64,000 nucleotides of DNA from an uncultured Nitrososphaerales archaeon. GTDB lineage: Archaea; Thermoproteota; Nitrososphaeria; Nitrososphaerales; Nitrososphaeraceae. A model generated the notes under the pieces. It worked only from the letters and a program-made list of their open reading frames with translations. It had not been told where the DNA came from and made no database searches. Positions 45,082 to 57,348 of this stretch are shown here, piece by piece. Both the position numbers and the translations under genes were made by a program. Location of the stretch: contig CAVQMO010000005.1 of NCBI GenBank assembly GCA_963713605.1, positions 128,001 to 192,000 of the forward strand, in the 5' to 3' direction. Numbering within the stretch: the first letter of the stretch is position 1; each line of letters starts with the position of its first letter.

Positions 45082-45513
45082 TTAATTGTCGTCGATACCC
45101 CAACTCCATTTTTTCGTAGGTGTTATTTTTATTAAATATACAGTCTCAAAATAGCCATATTCTTCTAAGGAAGCCCCCTGTCGTTTGGTGATCTCGGCGT
45201 CACCATACACTCTAACTCCTCGAGGGTGCCAGGGTTTGATGCTTTTTAAATCATCAATTACCAATGCGATTGAACTATTTCTGAGAACGTTCTTGTACTT
45301 GGTAGATCGAGACATATCGAATCCTCCAATGTAAAAATATTCACCGTCAAAGTGAAAACCAACAGGCACAACATCAGGTTGGACAATTTTCGAAAAACTA
45401 TCCTCTAATTTATTCACTGACCTTGCCTTCGCTTCAGCAACTGTCGCAATCCGTGCGATACTTTGAGATTTGATATACTCGACCTCTTTCCCGGAAAATA
45501 TCGATTTAATCAT
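45082..45513 (-). CDS. PPOX-class (pyridoxamine 5'-phosphate oxidase-like), probably F420-dependent, oxidoreductase
   Basis: ARIATV...QPDVVPVGF.FDG...KYKNV....IALVIDD...PW.PRGVRVYG. Confidence 0.85.
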   Translation of the reverse strand: MIKSIFSGKEVEYIKSQSIARIATVAEAKARSVNKLEDSFSKIVQPDVVPVGFHFDGEYFYIGGFDMSRSTKYKNVLRNSSIALVIDDLKSIKPWHPRGVRVYGDAEITKRQGASLEEYGYFETVYLIKITPTKKWSWGIDDN

Positions 45514-45551
45514 TAGATTCCGATTATTGCTTAGTTCTCATTACTTGTAAG

Positions 45552-46159
45552 TTAATTCATTGTTTTTTCGAGTCCAATTGGACTAGTAAACGTGGTCCCG
45601 CTGTCACGGCTTATGACTAAGTAAGGTGCTTGACTGCCAGTCTTATTATCCCAATAAGTGACGAATATGCTATCCATACCCCCGTCAGCATTATGAATAT
45701 CAATTTCAGGTCCTGTTGATGATCCGTTAGGTGAGTTGCTTAAATTAATTGGCGTGCCGAAGGTTTTTCCAGCATCAGAACTTTTTACAAAAAAGATTTC
45801 CCAATTCTGAGGCGTCGAAGTGGAGAGATTGGTCATTCTGTTAGCGCCAGACTTCCGCCGATACAAATGGCTTGGTGCTATTGTCTGGCCAGACTATAAA
45901 CACGCTATCACCACTGATCTTAATGGGTGCCAAAAGGATCGGTTGGACAGTAGAATTGTTTACGGCTATCCTTTCATTTGATAGTATAGGCAGCGGTACG
46001 ATTTGAATTAACAGTTGAATTTTGGTTGGTTGAGTTGATGACGGTCATACCGATAGCGTACTGTAGTCCCACAATAATCAAGAGCATTGAAATTACCGAA
46101 ACCAGAAGAATGGTCATTACAAATACATGATTTGGCATTAATAGGGTTTGGCCTTGCAT
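45552..46159 (-). CDS. Secreted BNR/Asp-box (sialidase-like repeat) protein, frameshifted
   Basis: Signal peptide in ORF 45974; Asp-boxes SSDAGKTF and SRDSGTTF. Confidence 0.65.
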
Positions 46160-46508
46160 GCATTTTCCTCTTTTTCTTTGCTTTAAGCTTTGTTTTCTTG
46201 CTCGATATTAAACTCTTCTGATACGGTCCAGCAATGATCTTAACTGACCTGATTTTGGAAGCAATTAATGAATCTGCTTTGTTTACTGCTATGAGAGGTA
46301 GACCACACCATTACTCCGGATTACTACCACATCCTGGAGTTTTGAATGATACAATTACTACTCTAACTACAGGACCTCGCCTGGGGTCAGACAAGAAAGA
46401 CTGACTATACAGATTCGTGTTCCAATGGGATAGGCTATCCTAAATGACAATACTACTTATTATGTTGCGATGAAATTATCCATAAGAGCGAGCAGAGATT
46501 ATTGACCA

Positions 46509-47888
46509 ATGAGATATCATCTTAGTCCAACAATGGTCAGAGTCATGTTAGTACTGCTAAGCATCCTGATAAGTTGTCACACCCCAATTGGACTCGAGGT
46601 AATTGATACTGGACTCTATGCTCAAGAGTCTTCAAATGTTGCGACGCCATCATCATCGTCTCCCTTTTTGGCTTCTACATCTGATGAGTTGTCTCCTTCC
46701 CCTATAATTCCTTTATTTTCTCGGCAAGAAGTAAATACTGGCGCAGGTAATGGAATACAAGTTTCCAGTACCGTTTCCAATTTCACGTCACTCTATGAAT
46801 ATGTTCAGGAGAGAGCCGACTATACTGGATTTTACGACAACTCAACCGATATCCAGACTATCACGTACTCTAACGCGAAGGGGAAAATTCTTAATGCGAC
46901 ACTGTGGCTCGGTGGGAAGGTGATGTCGAATCCATCAGTTTTAGGCGCTAAGGCTATAGTCTATGGAGTATTAGTGGATTCTGACAATAACCAAAATACA
47001 GGCAAATTTGGTGTCGACTTCCAACGAGAAATTCAATGGAATTCAACAATTGGAAACTGGAACAGTCTCTTAGTAGAATATTCTTCGCCAGAGCATTCAC
47101 GCACATTAGAGCTGGAAGGCAATTTTACTGGATTCTTTGACGAGAACCAGACACATGTTCTAATTCCACTTGAGCTAGAATCGATTACATCGCCATCTCG
47201 ATTCAAGGTTCTTTATTACGGCCTAGTAATTTATGGAGATACACCCATCCAAATAGATCAAGATAGTGATGATGAATCGACTTCGTCTCCTATCAATAAA
47301 GCGGCTGACAATGGCATATCCAAAATAGTTGTAGATCTTAGCAGTTGGATTGACATCCCTCCTCCCATCTATTCGTTTTTAACTACACCTTCTCCAATTG
47401 AAATCGTGCGCGGTGAGGAGAAAGAAGTAGGATTACAACTTGTGTCGAGCACTGGTACTCTTCCTAATTCTATTTCATTTTTGCCCGAAGCAGACTCTAC
47501 AGAAATCGAAATTCAAGAAATTAGCCCTGAAGCTGACAACGTTAGCTCGTCCATTAGCCAACCTGTTTCATTTAGGCTAAGGGTCCCAGAGGGAGCGAAC
47601 GTGGGATTCCACAGTGTGCCAGTGCTAGCGAACATATCAACAGGGACTCTATTTCCTTCAGAATTTATTGACCTGCCAGGTATGAATCTTTCAGTTCCAA
47701 CTGAGAATTTCGTTACCAAGTATGTTAACCTGACTTTTTCGGTGTTAGAACCACCTTCTACTCCGGAAATCCTTTATGATTTCTGGAGCTCTTATGGACT
47801 TTTGATATCCCTTGTGGCGGCAGGCTTTGTAGGTGGATTTTCTACCTACATGTTTGATTATGTAAGAAGCAAAAAGAAGAATAATTAA
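46509..47888 (+). CDS. Surface protein with N-terminal signal and C-terminal TM anchor
   Basis: 459-aa ORF; DSDNNQNTG motif; terminal hydrophobic helix followed by KKK. Confidence 0.8.
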   Translation: MRYHLSPTMVRVMLVLLSILISCHTPIGLEVIDTGLYAQESSNVATPSSSSPFLASTSDELSPSPIIPLFSRQEVNTGAGNGIQVSSTVSNFTSLYEYVQERADYTGFYDNSTDIQTITYSNAKGKILNATLWLGGKVMSNPSVLGAKAIVYGVLVDSDNNQNTGKFGVDFQREIQWNSTIGNWNSLLVEYSSPEHSRTLELEGNFTGFFDENQTHVLIPLELESITSPSRFKVLYYGLVIYGDTPIQIDQDSDDESTSSPINKAADNGISKIVVDLSSWIDIPPPIYSFLTTPSPIEIVRGEEKEVGLQLVSSTGTLPNSISFLPEADSTEIEIQEISPEADNVSSSISQPVSFRLRVPEGANVGFHSVPVLANISTGTLFPSEFIDLPGMNLSVPTENFVTKYVNLTFSVLEPPSTPEILYDFWSSYGLLISLVAAGFVGGFSTYMFDYVRSKKKNN

Positions 47889-48046
47889 AAAAATGAATTG
47901 CAAGGCCTCGGAATAATTTTGTTTCGAGCATACGAACGAATAAGGACGCAGGTTTGAGGTATAGGCCCAAATTTGAGATTGCAATTTAGTGTTACAACTT
48001 AACCTTCATATATCTTGAATGAATGTAGGATACAATTAGGATAAAT

Positions 48047-48280
48047 ATGGCATGTAAGGGGCTGTGCACAAGGTATAGGGCTCAGAAGCGTTATGGTGTG
48101 GGGAGATATGTGAGTGGTCAGAAGCGGTGTCAAATTTGTGAGGTTTTTGTGAATTGGTCAGGACTATGGTGTCCTTGCTGTAGACAAAGGTTAAGGCTCA
48201 AACCCCGTCTAATGAAGTTCAAAACAAGGATCCAGTCCCAATTTGTCGATGGTCCGATTCAAATTTCTCCACCTACCTAG
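48047..48280 (+). CDS. Small basic Cys-rich zinc-binding protein
   Basis: CKGLC...KRCQIC...WCPCC..RLR.KPR. Confidence 0.75.
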   Translation: MACKGLCTRYRAQKRYGVGRYVSGQKRCQICEVFVNWSGLWCPCCRQRLRLKPRLMKFKTRIQSQFVDGPIQISPPT

Positions 48281-48987
48281 AAAATACAGAAAAACAGAAG
48301 CTGGTTCCAATTAAGCATTTACGCCTTAATTCGAGATATTGATAGTATAAGTAAAAGAACTATTAGTGATGACTTATCTAACAAGAATGCCAAGTAGTAA
48401 ATTCGCGAGTGTTTAACTTTCATTAACTGAAGCAAAAACTGATTGAATATCATTTTGACAGCTAAGTTAGCATAGAGTCTCAAGAAGCTGGCCTCAAATT
48501 AGTTCTGAACTACCTCACTAAGTACTGCCACCAGCACATTGACTTTCTTGGCCATTTTTAGGATACTCCTTCGTTCCCGATTGTGTTCACAAATTTTGAT
48601 TCTGGCTCTATGTTTCCGCAGGATTACCTTGATCGATGAATTTTTCCCGCCGCCTAGTAAAGCGATGTGAACTGGTTTTCATAGGAGGCACCATGTGGAT
48701 GTCGCAATTGAATGAAATAAGAAATTAGTTATTTGATTTACAAGATTATCGTTTATCGGTCAAATGCGTACGTACAGTAATAACTAATACTAAAACAAAC
48801 TACTAGGGAGATATCATTCTCAACCAATCGGCGGACAAAAGTAATATCAAGTTGATTGGGAGCATGGGCTTTGAATACATTCTTCGCGGTAAACGGCTTC
48901 CGGAAGTGTCATACAGCTATAATATGATAAAAATAGTACGATCAAGATATCCATAATTAGGTTGTATGCATACCTTATTGTGAATGA

Positions 48988-49200
48988 ATGAAGCCGGAGG
49001 GTAGGCTAGGAAAATTTTGGGAGGATTTTCTCCAAGCAGAGGCAAGAAGGCACTTTGAAGAGTTATCATCTATTTCGTACGAATTAATTGCGGGTAGGAC
49101 CAATTATTGTCCTAAGCATGAAGAGATGTATCTGAAGCTTCTCAGAAGAGACATGGTATGGCTAATGGGTGATATGATATGGTTCAAAGACAAAGAGTAG
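48988..49200 (+). CDS. Hypothetical protein
   Basis: 70-aa ORF with ATG start and CPKH motif. Confidence 0.35.
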   Translation: MKPEGRLGKFWEDFLQAEARRHFEELSSISYELIAGRTNYCPKHEEMYLKLLRRDMVWLMGDMIWFKDKE

Positions 49201-49401
49201 CGTTCTAAAATGATCAGTATGTTGCTCCGCAAATTAATTGCATTGAATTTCAAATGGTCGATTCCTGTAGACCATCCTAATTAGCATAAGGTTAATTGAA
49301 TGTAGGAAAATATTGGGAGACGGAGTTTAGACTCATCTTCAAGATTGTCAGTTTTGATGAATGCTGCCTCGGCACAAGATATGAAGATCAGATTGTACGT
49401 C

Positions 49402-50127
49402 CTAGTACACCCCGCCTTCATCCATCCTATTTGCTTTTCTCTCTGGAATAATTCTACTTTTTACCATAAGCTTGGTAAGCGTTACGCCCGCCAAAAATCC
49501 TCCAATATGAGCAGTGAATGCAATGGGAATCGAAGCTAATGAACCTACGAACGCAAAAACTATTTGAATTATAAGCCAGTAGTATGCGCTTCGGTTTCCC
49601 ATTGCTGCAGCTATACCTAATACCCCCGAAATAGCACCTGATGCCCCTATCAATAATGTCTGACCGCTGCCCAAAACATAAGAGGCTATTACCCCATGGA
49701 ACAAGGCTGCACATATGCCAGATAAAAAATAGATTACAACATATCTACCTTTTCCAATTGACCTCTCTGAGTAACCTCCAATATATGCTAAGGCAGCCAG
49801 GTTGAAGACAATATGAGTAACACTGGCATGGATAAACATGGAAGACACCAATGGTACCAGAGTAGAAGTTGCACCATTTTCTAGGCTTGTCGAATCTACT
49901 TGAAACGTGTGGGACTGGCGAGGACTATCTACACTATTTCTTTCAAATACAGAATCAGGAACAAATCCGAAGTTTCTGATTATCCAGGTATGACTATCGG
50001 TGAGAGAACCAAACGCAAAAACCAGGAGATTTAATGCAATTAATGAAATAGTAGCAACTGGAAGTGTTTGAATGTTCATTGGCTGGAAGTGGCTTAAGGT
50101 TTTGGAACAATGTATCACCGCACCCAT
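49402..50127 (-). CDS. Rhomboid intramembrane serine protease (start may be ~50079)
   Basis: SMFIHAS..HIVFN, GASGAISG, AHIGG. Confidence 0.92.
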   Translation of the reverse strand: MGAVIHCSKTLSHFQPMNIQTLPVATISLIALNLLVFAFGSLTDSHTWIIRNFGFVPDSVFERNSVDSPRQSHTFQVDSTSLENGATSTLVPLVSSMFIHASVTHIVFNLAALAYIGGYSERSIGKGRYVVIYFLSGICAALFHGVIASYVLGSGQTLLIGASGAISGVLGIAAAMGNRSAYYWLIIQIVFAFVGSLASIPIAFTAHIGGFLAGVTLTKLMVKSRIIPERKANRMDEGGVY

Positions 50128-50377
50128 ATATAGTTACTATGATTTCCTTGATCCATAACTAACTCTATAGGCGAAGCTGTTCGCAGAATCAATCCATGAA
50201 TGTACATAAAATAACTTTAACTAAATTTCCATGAAATAGCTCATTTGTAAAGCGAAAATGTCTCTTGAATCAGCGGTGGTAATAATGATTCCACAGAATT
50301 ACCCATTAGTGGCTACTAATAGGTACTTTCTTTTTTTTAACATAATAATTTACTAGTTACTTTCAGAAAGTAATCAT

Positions 50378-51187
50378 ATGAAAAGAGTAAGGAGGCCAAA
50401 AACAAAATACGCCGTCGTCGACAATTTGACTATTCGCTATCAAGATAGTGCCACGATCGGAGCAAAGACCTTAGTATTTCTTCACGGCTTAGGCGGGTCC
50501 ATCGAAAGCTGGGACAATAATACGGGTAAGCTGGCTACAAAGTATAGGACTTTCGCCTTTGACCTTCCAGGGTTTGGACTTAGCGACAAACCACAAAGGA
50601 AATATACTGTAGAATTTTTTTCATCGTTCGTTATACGCGCAGTTCATGAACTAAATGTCGGGCTTCCAATTAATATCATAGGATCATCACTCGGAGGCCA
50701 AATCGCCGCTAATATTACTATAACAAACCCAAATGAAGTGAGCAAGCTAATACTCATAAGTCCTGCAGGCTTTACTCCCAAATCCTTTTCAGGTTCTCCT
50801 GGGCTTCAAAAATATGTCGGCATTATTAACAGTACCTCTAAGGCAGAAATTAAGAAAGCATTGTCTGAGACCACCACTGTGCAAGTCAGGGGCAAAGATG
50901 TCTCTATGGTCCAAAAAAGAATGTCAATGCCAGGAGCTAAAGATGCATTTGTTTCTGCCCTGAAATATAGTACCACTGCTAGAAGAATCAATATCGATAA
51001 GATAAAATCACCTACGTTTGTTATTTGGGGAAAAGAAGATCATGTAATCCCAGTCAGGTTCGTACTTCCCTTTTTAAAGATGAAAAACTGCCGGTTGTAC
51101 TTATTAGAGAATTGTGGTCATAGGCCACATGTTGAAAAGCCGATATTAATCAACGAAATCATTAAAGGATTTATTGAGGATAATTAG
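50378..51187 (+). CDS. Alpha/beta hydrolase
   Basis: FLHGLG, DLPGFG.S, GSSLGG nucleophile elbow, WGKED, CGH. Confidence 0.92.
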   Translation: MKRVRRPKTKYAVVDNLTIRYQDSATIGAKTLVFLHGLGGSIESWDNNTGKLATKYRTFAFDLPGFGLSDKPQRKYTVEFFSSFVIRAVHELNVGLPINIIGSSLGGQIAANITITNPNEVSKLILISPAGFTPKSFSGSPGLQKYVGIINSTSKAEIKKALSETTTVQVRGKDVSMVQKRMSMPGAKDAFVSALKYSTTARRINIDKIKSPTFVIWGKEDHVIPVRFVLPFLKMKNCRLYLLENCGHRPHVEKPILINEIIKGFIEDN

Positions 51188-51270
51188 GAGAATTTATTTT
51201 TAGATCCATTTCTACTGCATATTAGAGGAAAGGAGCTTTATATCATGGCATTCCGTTTATTTTTTTGGTA

Positions 51271-51873
51271 TTGTCAGAGCGTAATAAATTAAAATCTTAC
51301 TTGGAGTTTTTTTTCTGTGTGTGTTAGTAGAATGTTCACTATGGACATTTCACGATATTCGCATATTTGCACAAGGAACAACCTGGGCGGAGCACGATCT
51401 AGCCGCAAGAATCGAATGTTATTTATTTTCAAAGTTATAATGAGATTGGAGATGACGAAGTAGCGGTACTTCCAATTTCCAAAGGATACGCGCACGGGAA
51501 AGTTGCATACTTTGTTGCAACAGACGCTTCAAACAATGAAACTGCCAATTCAATCTTTGAGAACACTGGTTGGCGCGTGAATTTTGCTCCTCTTCTGACA
51601 CAGTTACCTATTAACGAACTAAGCCAGGGTTACGAATTTTTGAATGGTATAATGGGTCAAGGGGCCTTTGGTTTTCAGCTTCCTGTTGCAAGCAGCATCC
51701 CTGACGATGAGAATTATAGCCCTCTGGTTCATCTTAACCTTGTCAGATGGAATGAAAATGCGACGACAAGCATTCTGAAGTCTGCACCAGAAATCATTTT
51801 GGCAAATCACAAAGGAGACCTCCAGATCATTCCTACAAATATCACAATAAACAGCCCGGCTGTGATCTGGTAG
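51271..51873 (+). CDS. Secreted hypothetical protein, frameshifted near the N-terminus
   Basis: Frame LPISKGYAHGKVAYFVATDAS...F.NG...G..GFQ......YSPL...V.W...INSP is open from ~51403. Confidence 0.6.
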
Positions 51874-52246
51874 CGTATAAGGTAAGTTTGGACCATTGGA
51901 TTGACTTATAATCTTTTTTTCCATTCGGATGAATAGGCATAATCGAGTGCAATCACCTGATTCAGGACAGATTATCTCCTCTGAGGACAGGATATAGTCT
52001 TCTCACGGTCCCACTTATATTGAAACGTTATTACCAACAAGATATCTCTTCCTGTCATAACCCACTTTAACTTAGCAATTGTAGCGAAGAGGTGGTTCAC
52101 TGATGACCCACTCATTGTGTCCCGGAGGAATCACCGCGCAGTTTCAAAATACGTTTGTCTTCATGAAATACTATACCTAATTCAAAGTAGCTTGATTCGC
52201 ATACAAAAAAATATGAAGAGGCTGCTACTTTAATATTAATTAAGAA

Positions 52247-53233
52247 TTGAATATAGTGGGACTTTCGCAAGGTCTATCATTTAGAGAATCATTATCGAAA
52301 AAGTTAGAGGAGTACAATCTCGAGATCAAATACGTTGGGCCTGATAAATCTTTAATATCACAAATTGCCCCTGCTCAAATTATCGTAAATGGTTTCCATG
52401 TGATAGACAAATCAGTAATCGAAAGTTGTCCTGACCTTAAACTCATACAGCAATCAGGGATTGGAGTAGATAATATCGACATTAAATATTGCTCTACGAA
52501 GGGGATCTATGTAGCAAATGTTCCGCTTGCTAATGCAATCTCTGTTGCGGAACATACTCTTTTTCTTATCTTCCTCTTGTCCAAGAATGTGTCTATCTGG
52601 ACTAGGCACTCAACTCCAGCAATAAGCCTGTTGCATACAAGATCGAAAACTACTGCAGGTATGGAGTTACATGGTAAGACATTGGCAATTATTGGTTTAG
52701 GAGTAACTGGCATAGAAGTTGCAAAGATTGCACGAGGACTAGGCATGAGAGTGGAAGCCGTGACCAAACATCCTTCTACGAAAAGTCAGGGGTATGATAA
52801 GAGATACTTTGTTGACGAATTGGCCGGCATAGACCGTCTTCCGGAGGTCTTGGCCAGAGCGGATATTGTTTCAATTCATACCCCACTAACAGAAGAGACC
52901 AGAGATATGATCGGGGAGAAGGAATTTAGTGCGATGAAAAAATCTGCTTACTTGGTAAATGTTGCACGAGCCAGGATAGTAAACAAGGATGAACTCTTCA
53001 ATGCTTTGAGTGATCAAAGAATTGCAGGAGCTGCATTTGATGTGTTTTGGGATGAACCTCCTGATCCGACAGACAGGATTCTTTCACTGGAAAATTTTAT
53101 ACTTACGCCGCATATTGCAGGCTGGACTGCTGAAGCAATTGAGGCTATTACTACAATAATTTCGATAAATATCGAAAGGGTTTCGCGCGGAGAAGCGCCT
53201 CTTACAATTGTCAACAAGGAATTATTGAGATGA
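52247..53233 (+). CDS. D-isomer-specific 2-hydroxyacid dehydrogenase (SerA-like, no ACT domain)
   Basis: GVDNID, VAEH, GLGVTG, VNVARA, DVFWDEP, TPHIAG. Confidence 0.92.
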   Translation: MNIVGLSQGLSFRESLSKKLEEYNLEIKYVGPDKSLISQIAPAQIIVNGFHVIDKSVIESCPDLKLIQQSGIGVDNIDIKYCSTKGIYVANVPLANAISVAEHTLFLIFLLSKNVSIWTRHSTPAISLLHTRSKTTAGMELHGKTLAIIGLGVTGIEVAKIARGLGMRVEAVTKHPSTKSQGYDKRYFVDELAGIDRLPEVLARADIVSIHTPLTEETRDMIGEKEFSAMKKSAYLVNVARARIVNKDELFNALSDQRIAGAAFDVFWDEPPDPTDRILSLENFILTPHIAGWTAEAIEAITTIISINIERVSRGEAPLTIVNKELLR

Positions 53234-53587
53234 ATGGCGACGACCTTTACTGCCATGGGGTATTTGCATAATTTTAGGAAGTGTTGTCTGAATTGTCGGG
53301 AAAGTAATCCATTTTGCCATCGATCGGTTATGATGTCGTTAGCACTGTTCTTGGTGGGGAAAAATCGGACATCGTTAACATTTCTCTGTATGATATGCGA
53401 GTCGAATAAATTATACAGGCTAGTTACCTCCCGACCCCCCCTTTTCAAAGATTGGACGAACTAATTTCAAGAGATGCAAGTAAATAGAGGTTCAGCTTAG
53501 ATGGTATCCCTAGGAAAGAATACTCTAGAAACCTGTTCTAGCATAGGTAAAAGAGACAGTACCGATTTCAAATCGCCATCTAATTTC

Positions 53588-54839
53588 TCATAAATTACCA
53601 ACCGGAAGTTTCTTCTCTTTGAGTACTTCCATTAACAATCCCAGGTCGTAGATATTCTTCAGATCCGGTTTATTTCCCCTTCCTATCAAACTTAGATCAT
53701 AGGCGTCATCTGCCATTCTAAAAAGTGATTCTTCAATTGGATCATAGGTAAATTCTAACCTTCGCAGTGCATCCCTCAACTCATCATCAGGGTACTGTAT
53801 TACCAGTAATCCGCTCGAGTCCATCATTAAATGCGTGTATGAACTGCTCGACGCCATCATTATCAAATTCATCATTATTTGTTTGATTCTCAGCATTCCC
53901 TGAAATTCCACCGACATTGGTTTTCCGCAAATCCTTTAGAGTATCATTTATCCACATTGTCTCATCAATCTGGGCACTGATCAACCTTTTTATTATGTCT
54001 GGATTATTCTTGAGATAGTCAGTTCTAACGATAATGTTCGTCGTTACAAATTTGCCATCTGGCGGCCACAGATCCCTCTCATCTACAAATATCCTACCGT
54101 TGGATTCTTTGACGAGACGCGCTCCCCATGGTTCAGGAACCCATGCGCCATCGATTTCTTTCTTGAGCATCAGCGTAAGAATGTCCGATGGTTTTACTGG
54201 AACCACTGTAACATTGCCACCATTCTCCACTGTTTCGTAGCCGTTGTGAATCAGATATTTTCTTAACGCTACGTCCTGAGTATTTCCTAATTGAGGAGAA
54301 GCAAATTTCTTTCCGCCAAGGTCGGTTGCGGATAGTATACCAGAATCGTTTCTCACCACAAATACGGCCCCCCCGCTAGCAGATCCGGAAATTATTCTAA
54401 GATCCTCACCGTTGGATGCTAGGTAACCATTTATTGCAGGATTGGGTCCAACGTATGCCACATCGATTTGACCTGCATATAATGCTTCAATAGCTGATGG
54501 ACCAGCGCTAAACACATATTCTTTTATGTTGGTACCCTTACCCCCTCCTTCACTGCTATTAGAGTTAGTTTCTGACAGTGCCTTTTGGAAGTGCCCATTT
54601 GCTAATCCAATGATTACTTGAGCATGATTTAGATTGGGAAAATAGCCCAATCGCAACTCGTTCGATCGGGAACCTGACTCCTGTACTACTGCTTCTCGGA
54701 GGGATTTATTGTCACCACTATGAGCACCACCAATTAAGGAGTTAGTCATGCTCAACAAGAGATCCGAATTAAATTGTGAGCTAACGGCTACTACAAGGAT
54801 GATTACGCCCGATAATAAGAATTTAGTCCTTACCTTCAT
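53588..54839 (-). CDS. ABC transporter substrate-binding protein, SsuA/NMT1 (sulfonate/nitrate) type; frameshift near the 3' end
   Basis: LRLGYFPNLNHA, YVGPNPAINGY, ASPQLGNTQDVALR, AWVPEPW. Confidence 0.88.
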
Positions 54840-55407
54840 AGTTACCTATCAAATCCTCCTTGAAATATTCTGCCTCTCCAATTTTAGTGGTGTATTTAGA
54901 TCAGTTACGTCAACCAATATTATCTGTTTGAATTGTACGAATCAACCAAAATATGTGCCTCTCCTCCTTGGATCATATCAAGGACTGAATGAAATTACTT
55001 TGAATGGAATTAATACTGAACTCAAACATTGCTATTCCTGATGCCATGAGGATACTGCTTTTATCTCGATACTAGAAGAATATTTTTTGCCTGTTTGAGG
55101 GCACACTTTAGGCGTCTGCAGATAAGTCTTATTGAGCGAAGTATATGCAATCAATTCATCAAACAATTCAATTTGTCATATTTGAAGGCAATTATATATC
55201 CTGGTTTAGACTTGTCTTTAAGAAATGCCACATTTCGGTAATACCGAATTTTTCCGTACTTCAAATTCGGACACTTTGCTCATTAGCAATCGTGCAAGAT
55301 GCCCCTTAAAGTCAAATGATATCCCAAATTTAATCCGTTGTGCTCTGATTGAGGCCTATTGGAATGCACGACTCTTGAATTAAGGTTGAATTAAGTAACC
55401 CAACAAG

Positions 55408-56274
55408 ATGCAAAAGCGTGATTCTAGTGGAAGAGGCGAAACAATCCTGACCATTACTTCTGGTGCATCACCGATCAATCAAAAAAGAAAGATCAAGCTA
55501 GATATTGAGGATCTTGCTAATGTAACCCTATTCATTGCCGCCTTCTTAGGGATATGGCAACTAGTCTTCATGTTAGGGATATGGCCTCACGTGTCGTTGC
55601 CATCTCCAGCCATGGTTGCGGGATCCTTTGTTGACTTGGTCAAGAATTTGACCTTGATCATAAGTATTGCAGTAACCATGTACCGCCTTGTTATTGGCTT
55701 TGCCTTGTCAATTATCATCGGAGTTTCAGTTGGTTTAGCAATGGTAAAATTCCCTGGCTTCGGTAAAACTATGAGCTCTTTTGCTGTTGGCTTACAATCA
55801 TTTCCTAGCGTAGCATGGGTACCATTCGCTATACTATTAATAGGACTCAACGACGCAGGAATACTTTTCGTCGTGATTATGAGCCTCTGTCTTCTCGGTC
55901 ATGATGTCCACATATGGAGGTATAAGAAACATATCACCGATCTATATCCGTGCCAAAAAATATGGGTGCCAAAGGTTTCTCTTTGTTCAGGTATGTCATG
56001 ATTCCTGCAGCTACACCATCGCTGATCGTTGGAATAAAACAAGCATGGTCATTTGCGTGGCATGCATTAATAGGTGCAGAAATATTGATAACTGCTGCCA
56101 GTTGGATTAGGTCATATTCTATTGGTGGGTAGAGAGTTCCAACTCATGGATCAGATAATCGCATCTATGATCACCATATTCGCCATCGGACTTGTGTTTG
56201 ACCGTGTCCTTTTTTCGAAACTAGAGGATAGTGTAAGAGAAAGGTGGGGGTTGAATCAAGAGGGAGGGAACTAA
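55408..56274 (+). CDS. ABC transporter permease, SsuC/TauC type; several frameshifts
   Basis: LPSP, LQSFPSVAWVP, EAA-like loop (AKNMGAKG...VMIPAATP), WHALIGAE. Confidence 0.85.
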
Positions 56275-57348
56275 TATGAATATACTTTCTTTGACTATTT
56301 GCTGGACACTATATCATTTTGGAACCCTGCGAGCCTCCATGTCGTAGTCCCATCCAGAGACCGGTGACAAAGGTTCTATCCTCATATTTCCGTTCAACTT
56401 TGCATCGACGAGTCATCCCAACTATGATCCCTATACATTGAGTATTGGTGGAAAATCCTTTTCATTGATACCTTCAAAAGAATGCATTCTAGTGTTGTCA
56501 ATTGGTAAATGAACCTTATCATCTATGTTCTTAAGTTTCTCCACTCCGACAAGGATCCTTGAAGGTCATTGAACTATCAAAAAATTTTTGTCGGTCTTAG
56601 GGGAGATAAAAAGTACCTCCCGTATTGGAGAACTACGTTAAGATAAAACCGATATGTATACAGTTAACGGCCAAAGTCAATGACCATCTTGAAAGAACCA
56701 TTTTAACAGCGCTGCATTTGCAGACCTGCTTGACCTGCAAGTATAATGACGAAATCAACAGTGAAAAAATAGGAATAATCGTAGGCAAACTTACTGCTAA
56801 CTCCAACTAAAACTCTCGCGAAGCATTTCAGGACTTGGTTTACTGCCCACGAGAATTGCTGTATTGACTGCTCCGATTGAAGTCTAGCTACTATGTCAAT
56901 TTGGACTTTTCACTTTGCTAAACCATTATAAACGTCACAAGCGAAAGCACCCAGCCCCCCACCCCCGCTGGATTATGGGTACGTCGATGACCTTATTTTT
57001 TTCAGATGAAACCGATAATATGCCTGTGTTATTCTACCTCTGCATCAATTCGAATGCATATTTCCTCTTGTATCATTAATGCAAAAACTGAAAATGCGTC
57101 AGTATGCAATAGGACAATCGTTACTCCGTGAAAGAACGTGACGTTCATATCCGGTGTGATTTTCATTCTGTGAATCTTGTTTTAAACAATGATCTACCAT
57201 TACAAAATATTAGGAAAATTTAGGGGTTTACTTGTATACAATTATCATATTAGTATGATCACCTTTAAATAAATATATGAATATCGACTTGATTGTTTGT
57301 GCTTACTCTTTATTACAATCGATCGACAATAGCACGAGTAAGAACAAA

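Noticed and set aside
48885..48915. GGTAAACGGCTTCCGGAAGTGTC resembling the sRNA-unit promoter
   Set aside because: It lacks the TTTTA box at N4 spacing and the downstream hairpin.
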